A stretch of DNA of 61,084 bases. It comes from Minisyncoccota bacterium (GTDB lineage Bacteria; Patescibacteriota; Microgenomatia; UBA1400; PJMF01). The stretch spans positions 1 to 61,084 of the forward strand of contig JAOUMD010000003.1 of assembly GCA_029881675.1 (NCBI GenBank), read 5' to 3'. The notes below the pieces were generated by a model. That model saw only the letters and a program-made list of their open reading frames with translations, was not told where the DNA came from and did no database searches. Below, in pieces: positions 35,030 to 44,789 of this stretch (its first letter is position 1; every line of letters begins with the position of its first letter). A program made the position numbers and the translations under genes.

Positions 35030-36256
35030 TTAAAACCTAGTGAACAACTGTATGAAGTTTTGATTAGTCACATCAAACCAATATGAGGGTCCTTCCTTAT
35101 CAGAGTCTAATTGTGTTGTGGTGATAAGTAATAAATTTGGGTCTGCCCAACCAGTTACTTCATTAAAAGTATAAGGAATTTCGTGTTCTATATATAGATC
35201 ATTTATATTAATAAAATCATCTTCATCAAACTTTTCACCTGATGATTTAAATATTAAATTATTCTTAGAACTAACATTGTTTTGTTTAATAAAGAAATAT
35301 TTATTTTGAGGAGACCAACTATTGAGAGGAAGTTCTATTGTCATCTTGTTATTGATTGTTTCTGAAAAAATTTCTTGTATTTCTGAATCTTTTTCTTGAA
35401 CAGATAAAGTATATTTAATTCTATTAAATGGCATTTTTTCTGTATCTACGAATAGTTCTATTGCTCCTTCTGGTGAATCCTGTGAAGTTTTAATTACTTT
35501 AATTTCAGGAGAGTTTGAAATTATGGTTTTATCCTCATCACTATTTATACATATGGGAGTGGTACCATCTTGAATTTGCAGATGTTTGCAAATAGAGATC
35601 GGAGTACCCGGATCATCTTTACTTGCATAAGTAGTAGTTCTAATTGTAGTAGGGTTGGTCCAGTTATATAAAATACCAGCGTCAGTAGTGCGTAAATTAA
35701 CACAACCATGACTCATCTCATGCCCAAAGTTATTATGCCAATATGTACCATGCAAACCATAGCCACGAGCTTTAGGGATCTGGTCATTATAGAAATACAT
35801 GACATATGGAACGTTAGGTAAGTAATAGTAATCGTTACCACTCCCTCCAGACATTTTTGTAGCACGTATCTTAATCCAAATTGAAAATTCACCAGTAGGT
35901 GTTCTACCCCACTTGCCTGTAGAGACAGGGGCATCTAGAACGATTTCATTTCCTTCATAGGCATATAATTTTTGTTGGGATAGATCTACATAGATATGCT
36001 TTTCAGATACAGTCTCTTCATCTTCAGTATCTTCTCCTAAAACTTCTGACTGAAATTCTGAATCAAGAATAATAGGAGGGACATTAATTAAGTTGCCAAG
36101 AAATGTTCCTTGGGTACCATTCTCAATAACAGTAGATAAGTTATCTATACAAGAAATAGAGTTAGCACAGGGAGTTTTTGATTTAATAAAAAAGATTAGA
36201 GTAACAATAGTTATTGTGAGAAATAAGCCTGATAAGAAAAATCTTTTTTGCTTCAT
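35030..36256 (-). CDS. L,D-transpeptidase (YkuD domain) with a large C-terminal extension
   Basis: N-terminal TM helix and the HGTYWHNNFGHEMSHGCVNL catalytic motif. Confidence 0.75.
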   Translation of the reverse strand: MKQKRFFLSGLFLTITIVTLIFFIKSKTPCANSISCIDNLSTVIENGTQGTFLGNLINVPPIILDSEFQSEVLGEDTEDEETVSEKHIYVDLSQQKLYAYEGNEIVLDAPVSTGKWGRTPTGEFSIWIKIRATKMSGGSGNDYYYLPNVPYVMYFYNDQIPKARGYGLHGTYWHNNFGHEMSHGCVNLRTTDAGILYNWTNPTTIRTTTYASKDDPGTPISICKHLQIQDGTTPICINSDEDKTIISNSPEIKVIKTSQDSPEGAIELFVDTEKMPFNRIKYTLSVQEKDSEIQEIFSETINNKMTIELPLNSWSPQNKYFFIKQNNVSSKNNLIFKSSGEKFDEDDFININDLYIEHEIPYTFNEVTGWADPNLLLITTTQLDSDKEGPSYWFDVTNQNFIQLFTRF

Positions 36257-36362
36257 TTATATGAGCATAGCAGTTTTTTAATATTGGATAAATAGGTGTC
36301 AGATTTCTGTAAGTAAATCACTTTAACATAGTCATAAAGTTTTAATTAACTGTATTTACCAA

Positions 36363-36725
36363 TTGTTTAAAAGTGCTATTTATGACACAATATTTTATAT
36401 ATTCTGGAAAGTGAAAGTGGTATCAATTGATCCACGAGCTTTGAAAGAATTAAAAAAGTTTTCTAATGATGCCTATTTAAAATTTGTAGCTTTATTTAAA
36501 CTATTAGAAGAAGAAGGTTTTTTGTATGAACCTTTGGCTAAAAAGTTAAAAGGACATAAGAACTTGTTTGAACTAAGAGTAAAATCACGGGGCCAGTTTA
36601 GATCTATTTATTCTTACATAGGGAAAGAAGAGATAATTATCTTAACAGCTTTTAATAAAAAGACACAGAAAACCCCTATTAGAGAAATAAACAAAGCGAT
36701 TAAAAGACTACAAGACTATTTATGA
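36363..36725 (+). CDS. RelE/ParE-superfamily toxin (HigB / Gp49-like)
   Basis: LFELRVKSRGQFRSIYSYIGKEEIIILTAFNKKTQKTP. The likely start is an internal GTG near 36411. It overlaps the antitoxin by 4 nt. Confidence 0.65.
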   Translation: MFKSAIYDTIFYIFWKVKVVSIDPRALKELKKFSNDAYLKFVALFKLLEEEGFLYEPLAKKLKGHKNLFELRVKSRGQFRSIYSYIGKEEIIILTAFNKKTQKTPIREINKAIKRLQDYL

Positions 36726-37003
36726 AAAAAATAAAAAAAGTTCCACTAAATAAAATAATAAATGATCTTACTACTGATGAAAAGAAAATAGTGGAAGAAG
36801 AAAAGAAGTACTTTAGTTTGGTAAATACATTAAGAAAGTTAAGATTAGAAAAAGGATTTACACAAGAATATTTAGCAAAGAAATCAAATATACCTAGAAC
36901 TACTATTGTAAGAATAGAGTCAGGAGAGCGTAATGCTACTTTAAACACTTTAATTAGTATGGCTCATGGATTAGGTAAGGAGTTGGATATTAGGTTGGTT
37001 TGA
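36722..37003 (+). CDS. XRE-family HTH antitoxin (HigA-like)
   Basis: FTQEYLAKKSNIPRTTIVRIESGERNATLNTL helix-turn-helix. Confidence 0.7.
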   Translation: MKKIKKVPLNKIINDLTTDEKKIVEEEKKYFSLVNTLRKLRLEKGFTQEYLAKKSNIPRTTIVRIESGERNATLNTLISMAHGLGKELDIRLV

Positions 37004-37056
37004 TGTGAATTAACGAAAGTTCATAATAAATAGGTGTCTAATGGTAAAATACCCAT

Positions 37057-38262
37057 ATGTCAGAAAAGAATATTCAAGATAAATACAATGAAGCTGTAGA
37101 GCTTTATCATTCTGATGCATATTTGGAAGCTCTTAAGTTATTTGAAGAAATAATAGATAACAATGAGGGAACTAATAGCTTTAGTAGTCAAATTTGGAAA
37201 GCATCTTGTTTGGTTAGATTAGAAAAGTTTGAACAAGCTTTAGAAGTAATTACAAAAGTTATTGATCATAAAGAGTTATCTTTAGATATTAAAAAAAGAG
37301 CTTTACGAGTATTAGCCTTTGTTTATACAAAGACACATGAGTTTAAAAAAGCATTTCTAATTTATGATCAATTAGTTAAAGATGAGGTAGACCCTCGAGA
37401 CTTAGAATATTTACAACATCTTATTGATACTGCTCAAGAAGAGTTTGATTATTATATTAAATACGGATCACTTTCTGCTTGGAAGAAACAAATTAGGGAT
37501 GAGATTAAAACTAATCTTAAAAAGGTAGATCTAGAAATGAAGACTATTTATAGTCCTGCAGTATTACAAAGGATATTAGATTCTTTTGGTGTAGGTCGAA
37601 TTAAAGAAGCTGAATCTTTTCTTTCTATTGGTAAGAACTCATGGATTCATTTTATTAAAACAAACCAAGGTGAATTTGAGTTATTCTCTTTTCCTACCTA
37701 TGTTACAGAAGATGAACAGTTGGAATTGTTAGATAAAAGACTAGAAAGGTTTGGATATATTTTTGAAGAAACTATTCATCGTTTTGATAGATATCATCAA
37801 TTAGTTCAAAAGACTAGGTTAACTAAGATTTCTCCCAAGCAAATTATTGATGATTTTGAATTACTTAAAGATCAAAAGATTAAAGATTTATTTAGAGTAA
37901 CTGGAACAATTATTCATTTTAATTTTGAGAATGATTCAACTATTTGGTCATATGGACTGTGGAGTTTACAGCATAAAGAAACTGATAAAGACTCAAAAGT
38001 CTTAATTGATTCATATAATACTCCAGGTCTTGAAATTGAAGATATCATTGAAGAATTACAAAAGAAAAATCTAGAATATAAATCTTTTATTTTGAAAGAT
38101 GATTGGTTTGAGTTATATTTTTCAGATGGATATAGTTTCCATTTTAAAGCTGATTATGAGTTTCCAGCTATAGAGTATTTATTCTTTAGAGATAATGATA
38201 ATAGTATCCAAATATTTAGTGAGCAAGAGATTTATTATAGTAAAGAGATTGTGGGTGAGTAA
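37057..38262 (+). CDS. hypothetical protein with TPR-like N-terminal repeats
   Basis: A helical repeat pattern in the first ~130 aa. The remainder is unassigned. Confidence 0.4.
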   Translation: MSEKNIQDKYNEAVELYHSDAYLEALKLFEEIIDNNEGTNSFSSQIWKASCLVRLEKFEQALEVITKVIDHKELSLDIKKRALRVLAFVYTKTHEFKKAFLIYDQLVKDEVDPRDLEYLQHLIDTAQEEFDYYIKYGSLSAWKKQIRDEIKTNLKKVDLEMKTIYSPAVLQRILDSFGVGRIKEAESFLSIGKNSWIHFIKTNQGEFELFSFPTYVTEDEQLELLDKRLERFGYIFEETIHRFDRYHQLVQKTRLTKISPKQIIDDFELLKDQKIKDLFRVTGTIIHFNFENDSTIWSYGLWSLQHKETDKDSKVLIDSYNTPGLEIEDIIEELQKKNLEYKSFILKDDWFELYFSDGYSFHFKADYEFPAIEYLFFRDNDNSIQIFSEQEIYYSKEIVGE

Positions 38263-38302
38263 CAGGTCTAACAAGTTAGAACATATTTAAGATTAAATTA
38301 TT

Positions 38303-38899
38303 CTACTCTGACTCAGACTCAAGATGATCACTATAATTTAATAATTCTAAAATGGGGTTATCTTTAAGAACTACTTTATTAACTGAACAGTTCAACATTT
38401 GAAAGTCTTCTCCTTCATCATATTTCTTTCTTAAATCAGAAAGTTTCTCATCGCCAAAAATATTTCTTAAGTAGTCGATAATTGCTCCACCATGGGTGAC
38501 TAATATAATATGAGAGTCATCTTTTGTTAAGTCATCTACTAGCCGTTCAATTCTTTGACCGGTTGCTCTGGATGAATCTCCATACTTAGGGATATATTCT
38601 CTATCATTAGTTGCTTTAATCCACTCTCTTAAAAACTCATTTCTAGTAATATTTTTATCTTCCCAGTTCATTCTTTCTATTAATTTTTCATCTAGCGTGT
38701 ATTCAAGGTTTAATACCTTTCCTATATGCTGAGCAGTTTCTATTGTTCTTTTGAAAGGGCTGGCAATAATTTGGGTAATGGGGTGATCTTTTAGATAGTG
38801 ACCAGTTTGGGTTGCCTGGTTTATACCAAGTTTAGTTAGCCCAGGGTCACCAGCGTGTACTTCTTTCTGGCCGTGTCTGATGAGGTAGATGGTTGTCAT
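38303..38899 (-). CDS. histidine phosphatase (phosphoglycerate mutase-like) family protein
   Basis: IYLIRHGQ catalytic RHG motif, with VTHGG later. Confidence 0.75.
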   Translation of the reverse strand: MTTIYLIRHGQKEVHAGDPGLTKLGINQATQTGHYLKDHPITQIIASPFKRTIETAQHIGKVLNLEYTLDEKLIERMNWEDKNITRNEFLREWIKATNDREYIPKYGDSSRATGQRIERLVDDLTKDDSHIILVTHGGAIIDYLRNIFGDEKLSDLRKKYDEGEDFQMLNCSVNKVVLKDNPILELLNYSDHLESESE

Positions 38900-38908
38900 A
38901 TAATCCTT

Positions 38909-39367
38909 TTAAACAATATCCAATGAATAAATTGAAGAATATTGATTAAAGCCAGTATTCTCAAAGGCTTTTACAGAAATAGTGTTTTTAGAAAATATTT
39001 CTGTTTTTATTCTAGTAATTTGTTTTTCTTTAGCCCAATTAATACACTCATTAATTAATTGCTTAGATAATCCTTTGTTGCGAAATTCAGGTAAGATATA
39101 AATTACTTCTAACTGACATTCTAATAGATTAGATTTAGAGTTAATTTTATTAGTATGTGCATAAAGGTATCCCATAGGAGAATTGTCACTATCCTCTGCA
39201 ATGAGGAATAGTGCTAAAGGATTATTTAGTTGCTGAAGATACTTATTATTAATTTCATCCCTAGAATATTCTAAAAATGGTTCAAATTCTTTTTCAACTA
39301 AATGGAGTTTTTCTCCAAAATTAAGAAGGGTTTTTATATCAGACTTAGTGGCTTTTCTAATTAGCAT
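38909..39367 (-). CDS. GNAT-family N-acetyltransferase
   Basis: FRNKGLSKQLINECINWAKE motif A. Confidence 0.65.
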   Translation of the reverse strand: MLIRKATKSDIKTLLNFGEKLHLVEKEFEPFLEYSRDEINNKYLQQLNNPLALFLIAEDSDNSPMGYLYAHTNKINSKSNLLECQLEVIYILPEFRNKGLSKQLINECINWAKEKQITRIKTEIFSKNTISVKAFENTGFNQYSSIYSLDIV

Positions 39368-39457
39368 ATTCTAGATTATACATGGTGTTATTTATATTAG
39401 ATTAAAAACTTGTGTTGAAGAAGTTGTTAATAAATATATAAATGCTATATTCCTGAT

Positions 39458-39865
39458 ATGTATTCAGTAACTCAAAAAGATCCTTATGGATGTGGATTAG
39501 CTTGTGTTTCATTTTTATTACAAAAACAGTACCAAGATGTAGCTGAATACATAGATCAAAATAAAGCAAAGACCTATGGCTTTACATGTAAAGAACTTGT
39601 TAACTTACTTGTTAAATTTAATCTTAATTATCAGTACAAGTACCTAAAACCAAAGCTAAAAAAGAAGATTTATGATAGTGGCACGATTGTATTTATCAAA
39701 AGATCTAAAAGGTATCCTAGTGGACATTATTTAGTTAGATATAAGGATGGTTGGATGGATCCTTGGATTAATTTTTCTATTAGAGCTAAATTAAGTAGTG
39801 CTCAATCAGGCTTTAGAAAAAGATTACCAGGTAGTCCAGTTTATGCTTTGTTTTTGATTAATTAA
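39458..39865 (+). CDS. stand-alone C39-like papain-fold peptidase domain protein
   Basis: QKDPYGCGLACVSFLL (Cys) and SGHYLVRY (His). Confidence 0.5.
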   Translation: MYSVTQKDPYGCGLACVSFLLQKQYQDVAEYIDQNKAKTYGFTCKELVNLLVKFNLNYQYKYLKPKLKKKIYDSGTIVFIKRSKRYPSGHYLVRYKDGWMDPWINFSIRAKLSSAQSGFRKRLPGSPVYALFLIN

Positions 39866-40013
39866 TAATCATAGATTAGTTATAAATGTAAGATGAAAGT
39901 AATAAACTTACTACATAGTGAATGTAATGCAGACTTTCTTTTTTTAATTATACTCAGTTATTGTTTTGGTCCAAAGAGATTTTTTGATGTTTTTATAGTA
40001 TATTTGATCTACT

Positions 40014-40919
40014 ATGTCTATTAAACATCCTGAAATTGAGCGTGAGTCTCAACAAAACCCCCATTTAGTTAATTTAGAGGTTGATTACCTATATCATTTA
40101 GGACTAGATACATCTATGGATCTACCTAGTATGTTTGGAGATGTTAAATACGTTTGTATGGGTGGTAGCCCTGAAAGAGCTGAACAATTTGCTATTAAAG
40201 CAGCTGAAAGATTGGGTATCTCTGTTCCAGAAGAAGGGCTGGAGCCTGTAGGAAAAACAGAAAGATATTCACTATATAAAGTTGGTCCTATCATTTCACT
40301 TTCTCATGGTATCGGTATGCCTTCTGCCAGTATTGTTTTACATGAAGTAACAAAACTTTTAAGATATGCCGGAAGTACAGACTTTAAATATATTAGGATT
40401 GGAACATCCGGAGGGGTGGGTGTAGATCCTGGAGAAGTAGTAGTAAGTACAAATGTCGTTGATGGGAAATTAAATCCTGTCCATGAAGTAGTTGAATTAG
40501 GAAAGAGTGTTGAATTAGATACTGCTCTTGATAGTAATCTCGTCCAATCTTTATTAACAATAGCCTCAGAAAGTGATATTTCTGCAACTGCAGGTACAAC
40601 TATGTCTACAGATAGCTTCTATGCTGCTCAAGGTCGATTAGATGGTGCTTTAAACCCAAGATATACTGAGACAGAAAAAATGGATTTTTTACAATTAGCT
40701 TATGACAAAGGTGTTAGAAATATTGAGATGGAGGCAGCCATTATAGGAGCTTTTTGTAGAGAAGCTGGAATTCCTGCGGCAGTTGTTTGTGCTGCAATTT
40801 TAAATAGATTAGATGGAGATCAAGTTGGTTCAACTATAGAAGAGTTAGAACAGTTCTCAGATAATGCTCAACAGTTGGTGCTTAATTTAATTTCCAAAGA
40901 ACTTAATTTAACTGATTAA
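40014..40919 (+). CDS. udp: uridine phosphorylase (eukaryote-like UPP type)
   Basis: LYHLGL...FGDVKYVCMGGSPERA...RIGTSGG...GVRNIEMEAA...LNRLDGDQ aligns closely with UPP1-type enzymes. Confidence 0.85.
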   Translation: MSIKHPEIERESQQNPHLVNLEVDYLYHLGLDTSMDLPSMFGDVKYVCMGGSPERAEQFAIKAAERLGISVPEEGLEPVGKTERYSLYKVGPIISLSHGIGMPSASIVLHEVTKLLRYAGSTDFKYIRIGTSGGVGVDPGEVVVSTNVVDGKLNPVHEVVELGKSVELDTALDSNLVQSLLTIASESDISATAGTTMSTDSFYAAQGRLDGALNPRYTETEKMDFLQLAYDKGVRNIEMEAAIIGAFCREAGIPAAVVCAAILNRLDGDQVGSTIEELEQFSDNAQQLVLNLISKELNLTD

Positions 40920-40944
40920 AGTTCTACCCTGATATACTAATCAC

Positions 40945-41409
40945 ATGAAAAGCATTGCCCCTAAAGATTATATCTGTCCAATTTGTCTTGGTAATAAAGG
41001 CATTGAGAGTGATGATACTCTACTTAAACAAGCAGACTTAGTATTTAAAGATGATCTTGTAAGTGTTTGGATAAACTCCTTTTGGATTAAGGGTAATGAA
41101 GGTCACCTGATCATTGTTCCTAATGATCACTATGAAACTCTTTATGATCTACCCAGTGAAGTAGGACATCGTATTTTTGAGGTATCTAAGACAATGAGTA
41201 AGTTATTAAAGAAAGTATATAAGTGTGATGGTATTACCTTAAGACAAAATAATGAACCAGCTGGTGATCAACATGCTTTTCATTATCACCTTCATTTATT
41301 TCCCAGGTATATAAATGATAACTTTAATAAAGAGTTAACAAAGAAGAGTTATTTATCAGAATCTAGTAAGAGGATAGAGTTTGTGGAGAGGTTGAAGGAG
41401 GGGGTTTAG
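40945..41409 (+). CDS. HIT-family nucleotide hydrolase/transferase
   Basis: HYHLHLFPR histidine triad. N-terminal CPIC. Confidence 0.75.
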   Translation: MKSIAPKDYICPICLGNKGIESDDTLLKQADLVFKDDLVSVWINSFWIKGNEGHLIIVPNDHYETLYDLPSEVGHRIFEVSKTMSKLLKKVYKCDGITLRQNNEPAGDQHAFHYHLHLFPRYINDNFNKELTKKSYLSESSKRIEFVERLKEGV

Positions 41410-41426
41410 AGATATAAGTGCGGAGA

Positions 41427-41446
41427 GTGTGGGATAAGATTGGAAC
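41427..41446 (+). repeat. intergenic repeat family copy 2 (GTGTGGGATAAGATTGGAAC)
   Basis: Begins 18 nt after the HIT stop codon and 108 nt before the ABC exporter. Preceded by GTGCGGAGA. Confidence 0.8.
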
Positions 41447-41554
41447 TTTTATAAAGTATTTTTCATCGAGTTGTATGTTGATTTTGATTGCTTAAACAAC
41501 ACTTTGATAAAAATTATGAGATAATATGTCCATATATTAGTTATTAGTTGAAAA

Positions 41555-43447
41555 ATGGATAAACATTTCCGTCATACAATTTCTCTATTACTAAGTACGT
41601 TTAAAAAACGTTTTCGTCTTTTTATTGGTTTTCTTATCATTAATATTATTCTCTCTCTAATAAATGTTATTTTTCCTTATTTTTTAAAATTACAAATTGA
41701 TTTTTTACAGAATCAGTCATTTCAACTTCCATTTACAAATAATACTTTATCAATTTTTTTGGTATTACTTTTAGTTCCAGCTATCTTTGAGTTAAGTAGG
41801 TTGTCTTTTTTTCAAAGAATAGAAAGAAAAGTTTCTCAATCATTTACTTATAAATTAAGAAAAGATCTTGAAAAATTAATTTGGGAGAAAATGAAGAAAT
41901 TTGATTTGGGTTTTTTTGAAGCTGGTAGGAATCAGCATTTAATTAGAACTTCTTTTTCTTCAATATATGTTTTTGATCGAATTACTCAATTTATTAGAGA
42001 ACAATTTAATTCTATTATTACTTTTGTTGCCATAATTCCTCTTCTTTATTTTATTAACTATAAAATATTAATTTTAATTATCATTGCCAGTTTTTTACAG
42101 TTTTTTCTAAGAGAAGTAAGAACAAAATTAGAATTAGGTCAGCAATTTGTTAGTACATACATTGAGGGTAAAGCCTTTGTGATACAAGAATTAATGAGGA
42201 ATAATTTTGGTCTTGTAAAAGAAATTGGCGCAAGTGAGCAAGTTATAGATCAGTATTTTAAAGAGCAAGATAAAACTGAAAAGTTAATATTAGAAAAGGA
42301 ATTACATAATAAATCATCAAGAGTTTTAGATTGGTTTATTGAAAATGTATTCTTTATTCTGGCTAATCTTTTTGTCGCACAACAAGTATTTTCTGGAAAA
42401 GTATCCATTGGTACTTTTACTCTAACAATTTCATATATAAACCAAATCAGGCATTCATTTGAGGACTTTTTTAGCTTTAAGTCAAGATGGAAGTCAATTA
42501 GTGTTGAACTACTTAAAATGAGTTTCATTTTAAATTTAGAATCTAGATTAAAAACAACGAAAGATAATCTCAAAGTAAGTTTCCCTCAAAAGCTTGAACT
42601 TAAAAATGTTGGATTCACTTATCCAAGTTTTTATGAAGACGAAAAAAAGTTTATCAATAATATTGTAGATGACATAACCAATAACTCGAGGCGAGGTCAA
42701 AGTGAATTTGTACAACGAGAACTTGATGAGTGGCATAGTCTGTTGGAGACACCTTCTAAGAATAAGTCAGTGTTAAATAATGTTAATTTAGAAGTAAATA
42801 AAGGAAAGATCACAGCACTACTTGGAAGAAATGGCTCAGGAAAAACTACTATTACTAGGTTGCTTATGCATTCATATGAAGCTGATGAGGGGCAGGTCTT
42901 GATTGACGATCAGTTAATTAATAAGTTTGATTTAGAAGAAGTTTCTCAATCTGTAGCTTACTTACAACAATCTCCTTTTATAGTCGATAGAATGTCTATT
43001 AAAGATAATTTATTACTTGGAGTTAAGAGGAAGGTTACTAATAAAGAAATTTGGGAAGTTTTAGCAAAACTTCAAATAAAATATTTAGTTACTAAGCTAA
43101 ATAAAGGTTTGAATTCAGTATTAGGTGAGGATACAAACTTTTCTGGAGGACAAAAACAATTGTTAGTTATTGCGCGTGCTTTGTTACAAAAAAGACCATT
43201 TATTATCTTTGATGAGGGTAGTAGTCAGTTAGACATTGAAAAAGAAAATATGATTCTAAAAGTATTGGATAGTATTAAATCAGAAGTAGGAATTCTTTTT
43301 ATTACACACCGCATCACTGTTGCAAAGAAGGCAGATTATATCTATTTTTTAGATAAAGGAAAAATTAAAGAAGAAGGAACTCATCAGGAGTTAATTAAAA
43401 AAGAAGGTTTGTATCACAGGTTTTGGAAGTTACAGGTTATTGAGTAA
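41555..43447 (+). CDS. ABC exporter, fused permease/ATPase
   Basis: 6-TM N-terminal half. Walker A GRNGSGKTT, signature FSGGQKQ and Walker B IIFDEGSS. A ~40-aa insert lies just before the Walker A strand. Confidence 0.8.
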   Translation: MDKHFRHTISLLLSTFKKRFRLFIGFLIINIILSLINVIFPYFLKLQIDFLQNQSFQLPFTNNTLSIFLVLLLVPAIFELSRLSFFQRIERKVSQSFTYKLRKDLEKLIWEKMKKFDLGFFEAGRNQHLIRTSFSSIYVFDRITQFIREQFNSIITFVAIIPLLYFINYKILILIIIASFLQFFLREVRTKLELGQQFVSTYIEGKAFVIQELMRNNFGLVKEIGASEQVIDQYFKEQDKTEKLILEKELHNKSSRVLDWFIENVFFILANLFVAQQVFSGKVSIGTFTLTISYINQIRHSFEDFFSFKSRWKSISVELLKMSFILNLESRLKTTKDNLKVSFPQKLELKNVGFTYPSFYEDEKKFINNIVDDITNNSRRGQSEFVQRELDEWHSLLETPSKNKSVLNNVNLEVNKGKITALLGRNGSGKTTITRLLMHSYEADEGQVLIDDQLINKFDLEEVSQSVAYLQQSPFIVDRMSIKDNLLLGVKRKVTNKEIWEVLAKLQIKYLVTKLNKGLNSVLGEDTNFSGGQKQLLVIARALLQKRPFIIFDEGSSQLDIEKENMILKVLDSIKSEVGILFITHRITVAKKADYIYFLDKGKIKEEGTHQELIKKEGLYHRFWKLQVIE

Positions 43448-43468
43448 AGTCATCTTTTAGTGTGGGGT

Positions 43469-43488
43469 GTGTGAGATGAAATTGGAAT
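43469..43488 (+). repeat. intergenic repeat family copy 3 (GTGTGAGATGAAATTGGAAT)
   Basis: Begins 22 nt after the ABC exporter stop, in a convergent intergenic region. Preceded by GTGTGGGGT. Confidence 0.8.
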
Positions 43489-43506
43489 TTTTTATTGACT
43501 AAAAAA

Positions 43507-44595
43507 TTATAAATTTTCCAATAATTCAGAATACATTTCTTTGAGTTTTTCTAAACTATCCAGATCAACCCACTCATCTACTTCATGTGCTCCAGCTCCA
43601 TTCGGACCCCAAGTAATAACTGGAATACCTAAAGAGGCCAAAACATTATCATCTCCAACAGAAGATCTTTCATGTAGCTGAATTTTTTCTCCGGTATATT
43701 TCTGAATAATTTTTGAAATTTCTTTTTGATATGGAAATGATGTAAATCGATAACCAGTTAAATATGGGGTTTCTCTTTTTTTTAGTTTAACTTTAAAATT
43801 ATCATTTACTTTTTTTGTTAATTTAATTAGTTCTTTTTTTATTTCTTCTATAGAATCATCACTGCCCAATAACACTTCAATATCAACTTCTGCATACTCA
43901 CATAAGCTCATTCCAATAGTATTTGTTACAACATTTCTGGGTTGAATAACAGTCATTTTGTCTTTACTAATACTGCTATCTTTTAATTTGGAAATAAATT
44001 CTGTTAATGGATAAATGGCGTTAATTCCAGTTTCATGTTTGGCAATATGGACTGGTTTTCCCTGTGCCCCGACAGTGAATAAAACTCTTCCTGTTCTTCC
44101 TACTGTAATTCCATTTAAACCTAATCCAAAATTAGGTTCTGCAGAAATAATTAGTTCAACATCAGAGAAAAATTCTTTTTTCTTTTTTACTACATCCCAA
44201 GCTCCACTAGAAATATTTTCTTCATCAACTGCCAAGAGAACTTTTATATGTTTTTTAGAATTACCAATAGCACTGAGAAAAGCTGCTATCCCACCTTTCA
44301 TATCATAAGCTCCTAAACCATATGCTTTATTGCCTTCAATAGTAAGTTCAAATGGTTCTCTACTCCACCCAGGAACAACATCAACTGTATCAATATGCCC
44401 ATAAAAGAGTATTGATTTACCTTCTTTTCCATTATCAGCAAGAATATTAGGACGGTCATCTGTTTTTATTATTGAAGTTGAAAAACCTAAGTCATTTAAG
44501 GTTTTAGTTAGAAGATCCTCTAGATTACCTTCAGACTTTTTAGCATATCTTGTGTCTTTAGATACTAATTGGGAGAGTAAATTATTTAATGACAT
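43507..44595 (-). CDS. M20-family metallopeptidase (ArgE/DapE-like)
   Basis: FYGHIDTV, GAYDMKGG and EENISSG. Confidence 0.7.
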   Translation of the reverse strand: MSLNNLLSQLVSKDTRYAKKSEGNLEDLLTKTLNDLGFSTSIIKTDDRPNILADNGKEGKSILFYGHIDTVDVVPGWSREPFELTIEGNKAYGLGAYDMKGGIAAFLSAIGNSKKHIKVLLAVDEENISSGAWDVVKKKKEFFSDVELIISAEPNFGLGLNGITVGRTGRVLFTVGAQGKPVHIAKHETGINAIYPLTEFISKLKDSSISKDKMTVIQPRNVVTNTIGMSLCEYAEVDIEVLLGSDDSIEEIKKELIKLTKKVNDNFKVKLKKRETPYLTGYRFTSFPYQKEISKIIQKYTGEKIQLHERSSVGDDNVLASLGIPVITWGPNGAGAHEVDEWVDLDSLEKLKEMYSELLENL

Positions 44596-44639
44596 CTTGA
44601 AGAGATTGTATCATTAAAGTGATTTATGAAATTGAGATG

Positions 44640-44724
44640 CGGAGGCAGAGGGATTCGAACCCTCGAAACCGTAAACGGTTCAAGATTAGCAATCTTGTGC
44701 AATTGGCCACTATGCGATGCCTCC
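44640..44724 (-). tRNA. tRNA-Ser (anticodon GCT)
   Basis: Hand-folded from GGAGGCATCGCATAGTGGCCAATTGCACAAGATTGCTAATCTTGAACCGTTTACGGTTTCGAGGGTTCGAATCCCTCTGCCTCCG. It has anticodon loop TTGCTAA, a long variable arm (ACCG-TTTA-CGGT) and T loop TTCGAAT. Confidence 0.9.
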
Positions 44725-44789
44725 ATTTAAAAGAACACACGTTGTTACGTGAAGATATATTTTAACACGCTTTTGAGTCAAGCAGAGTC

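Noticed and set aside
802-43488. The three copies of the 20-nt repeat as a CRISPR array, or as DnaA boxes (the minus strand contains TTATCCCACA).
   Set aside because: The copies are 40 kb and 2 kb apart, so there is no repeat-spacer periodicity and no cas genes. The best 9-mer matches only about 6/9 of the TTATCCACA consensus, and there is no clustering typical of an origin.
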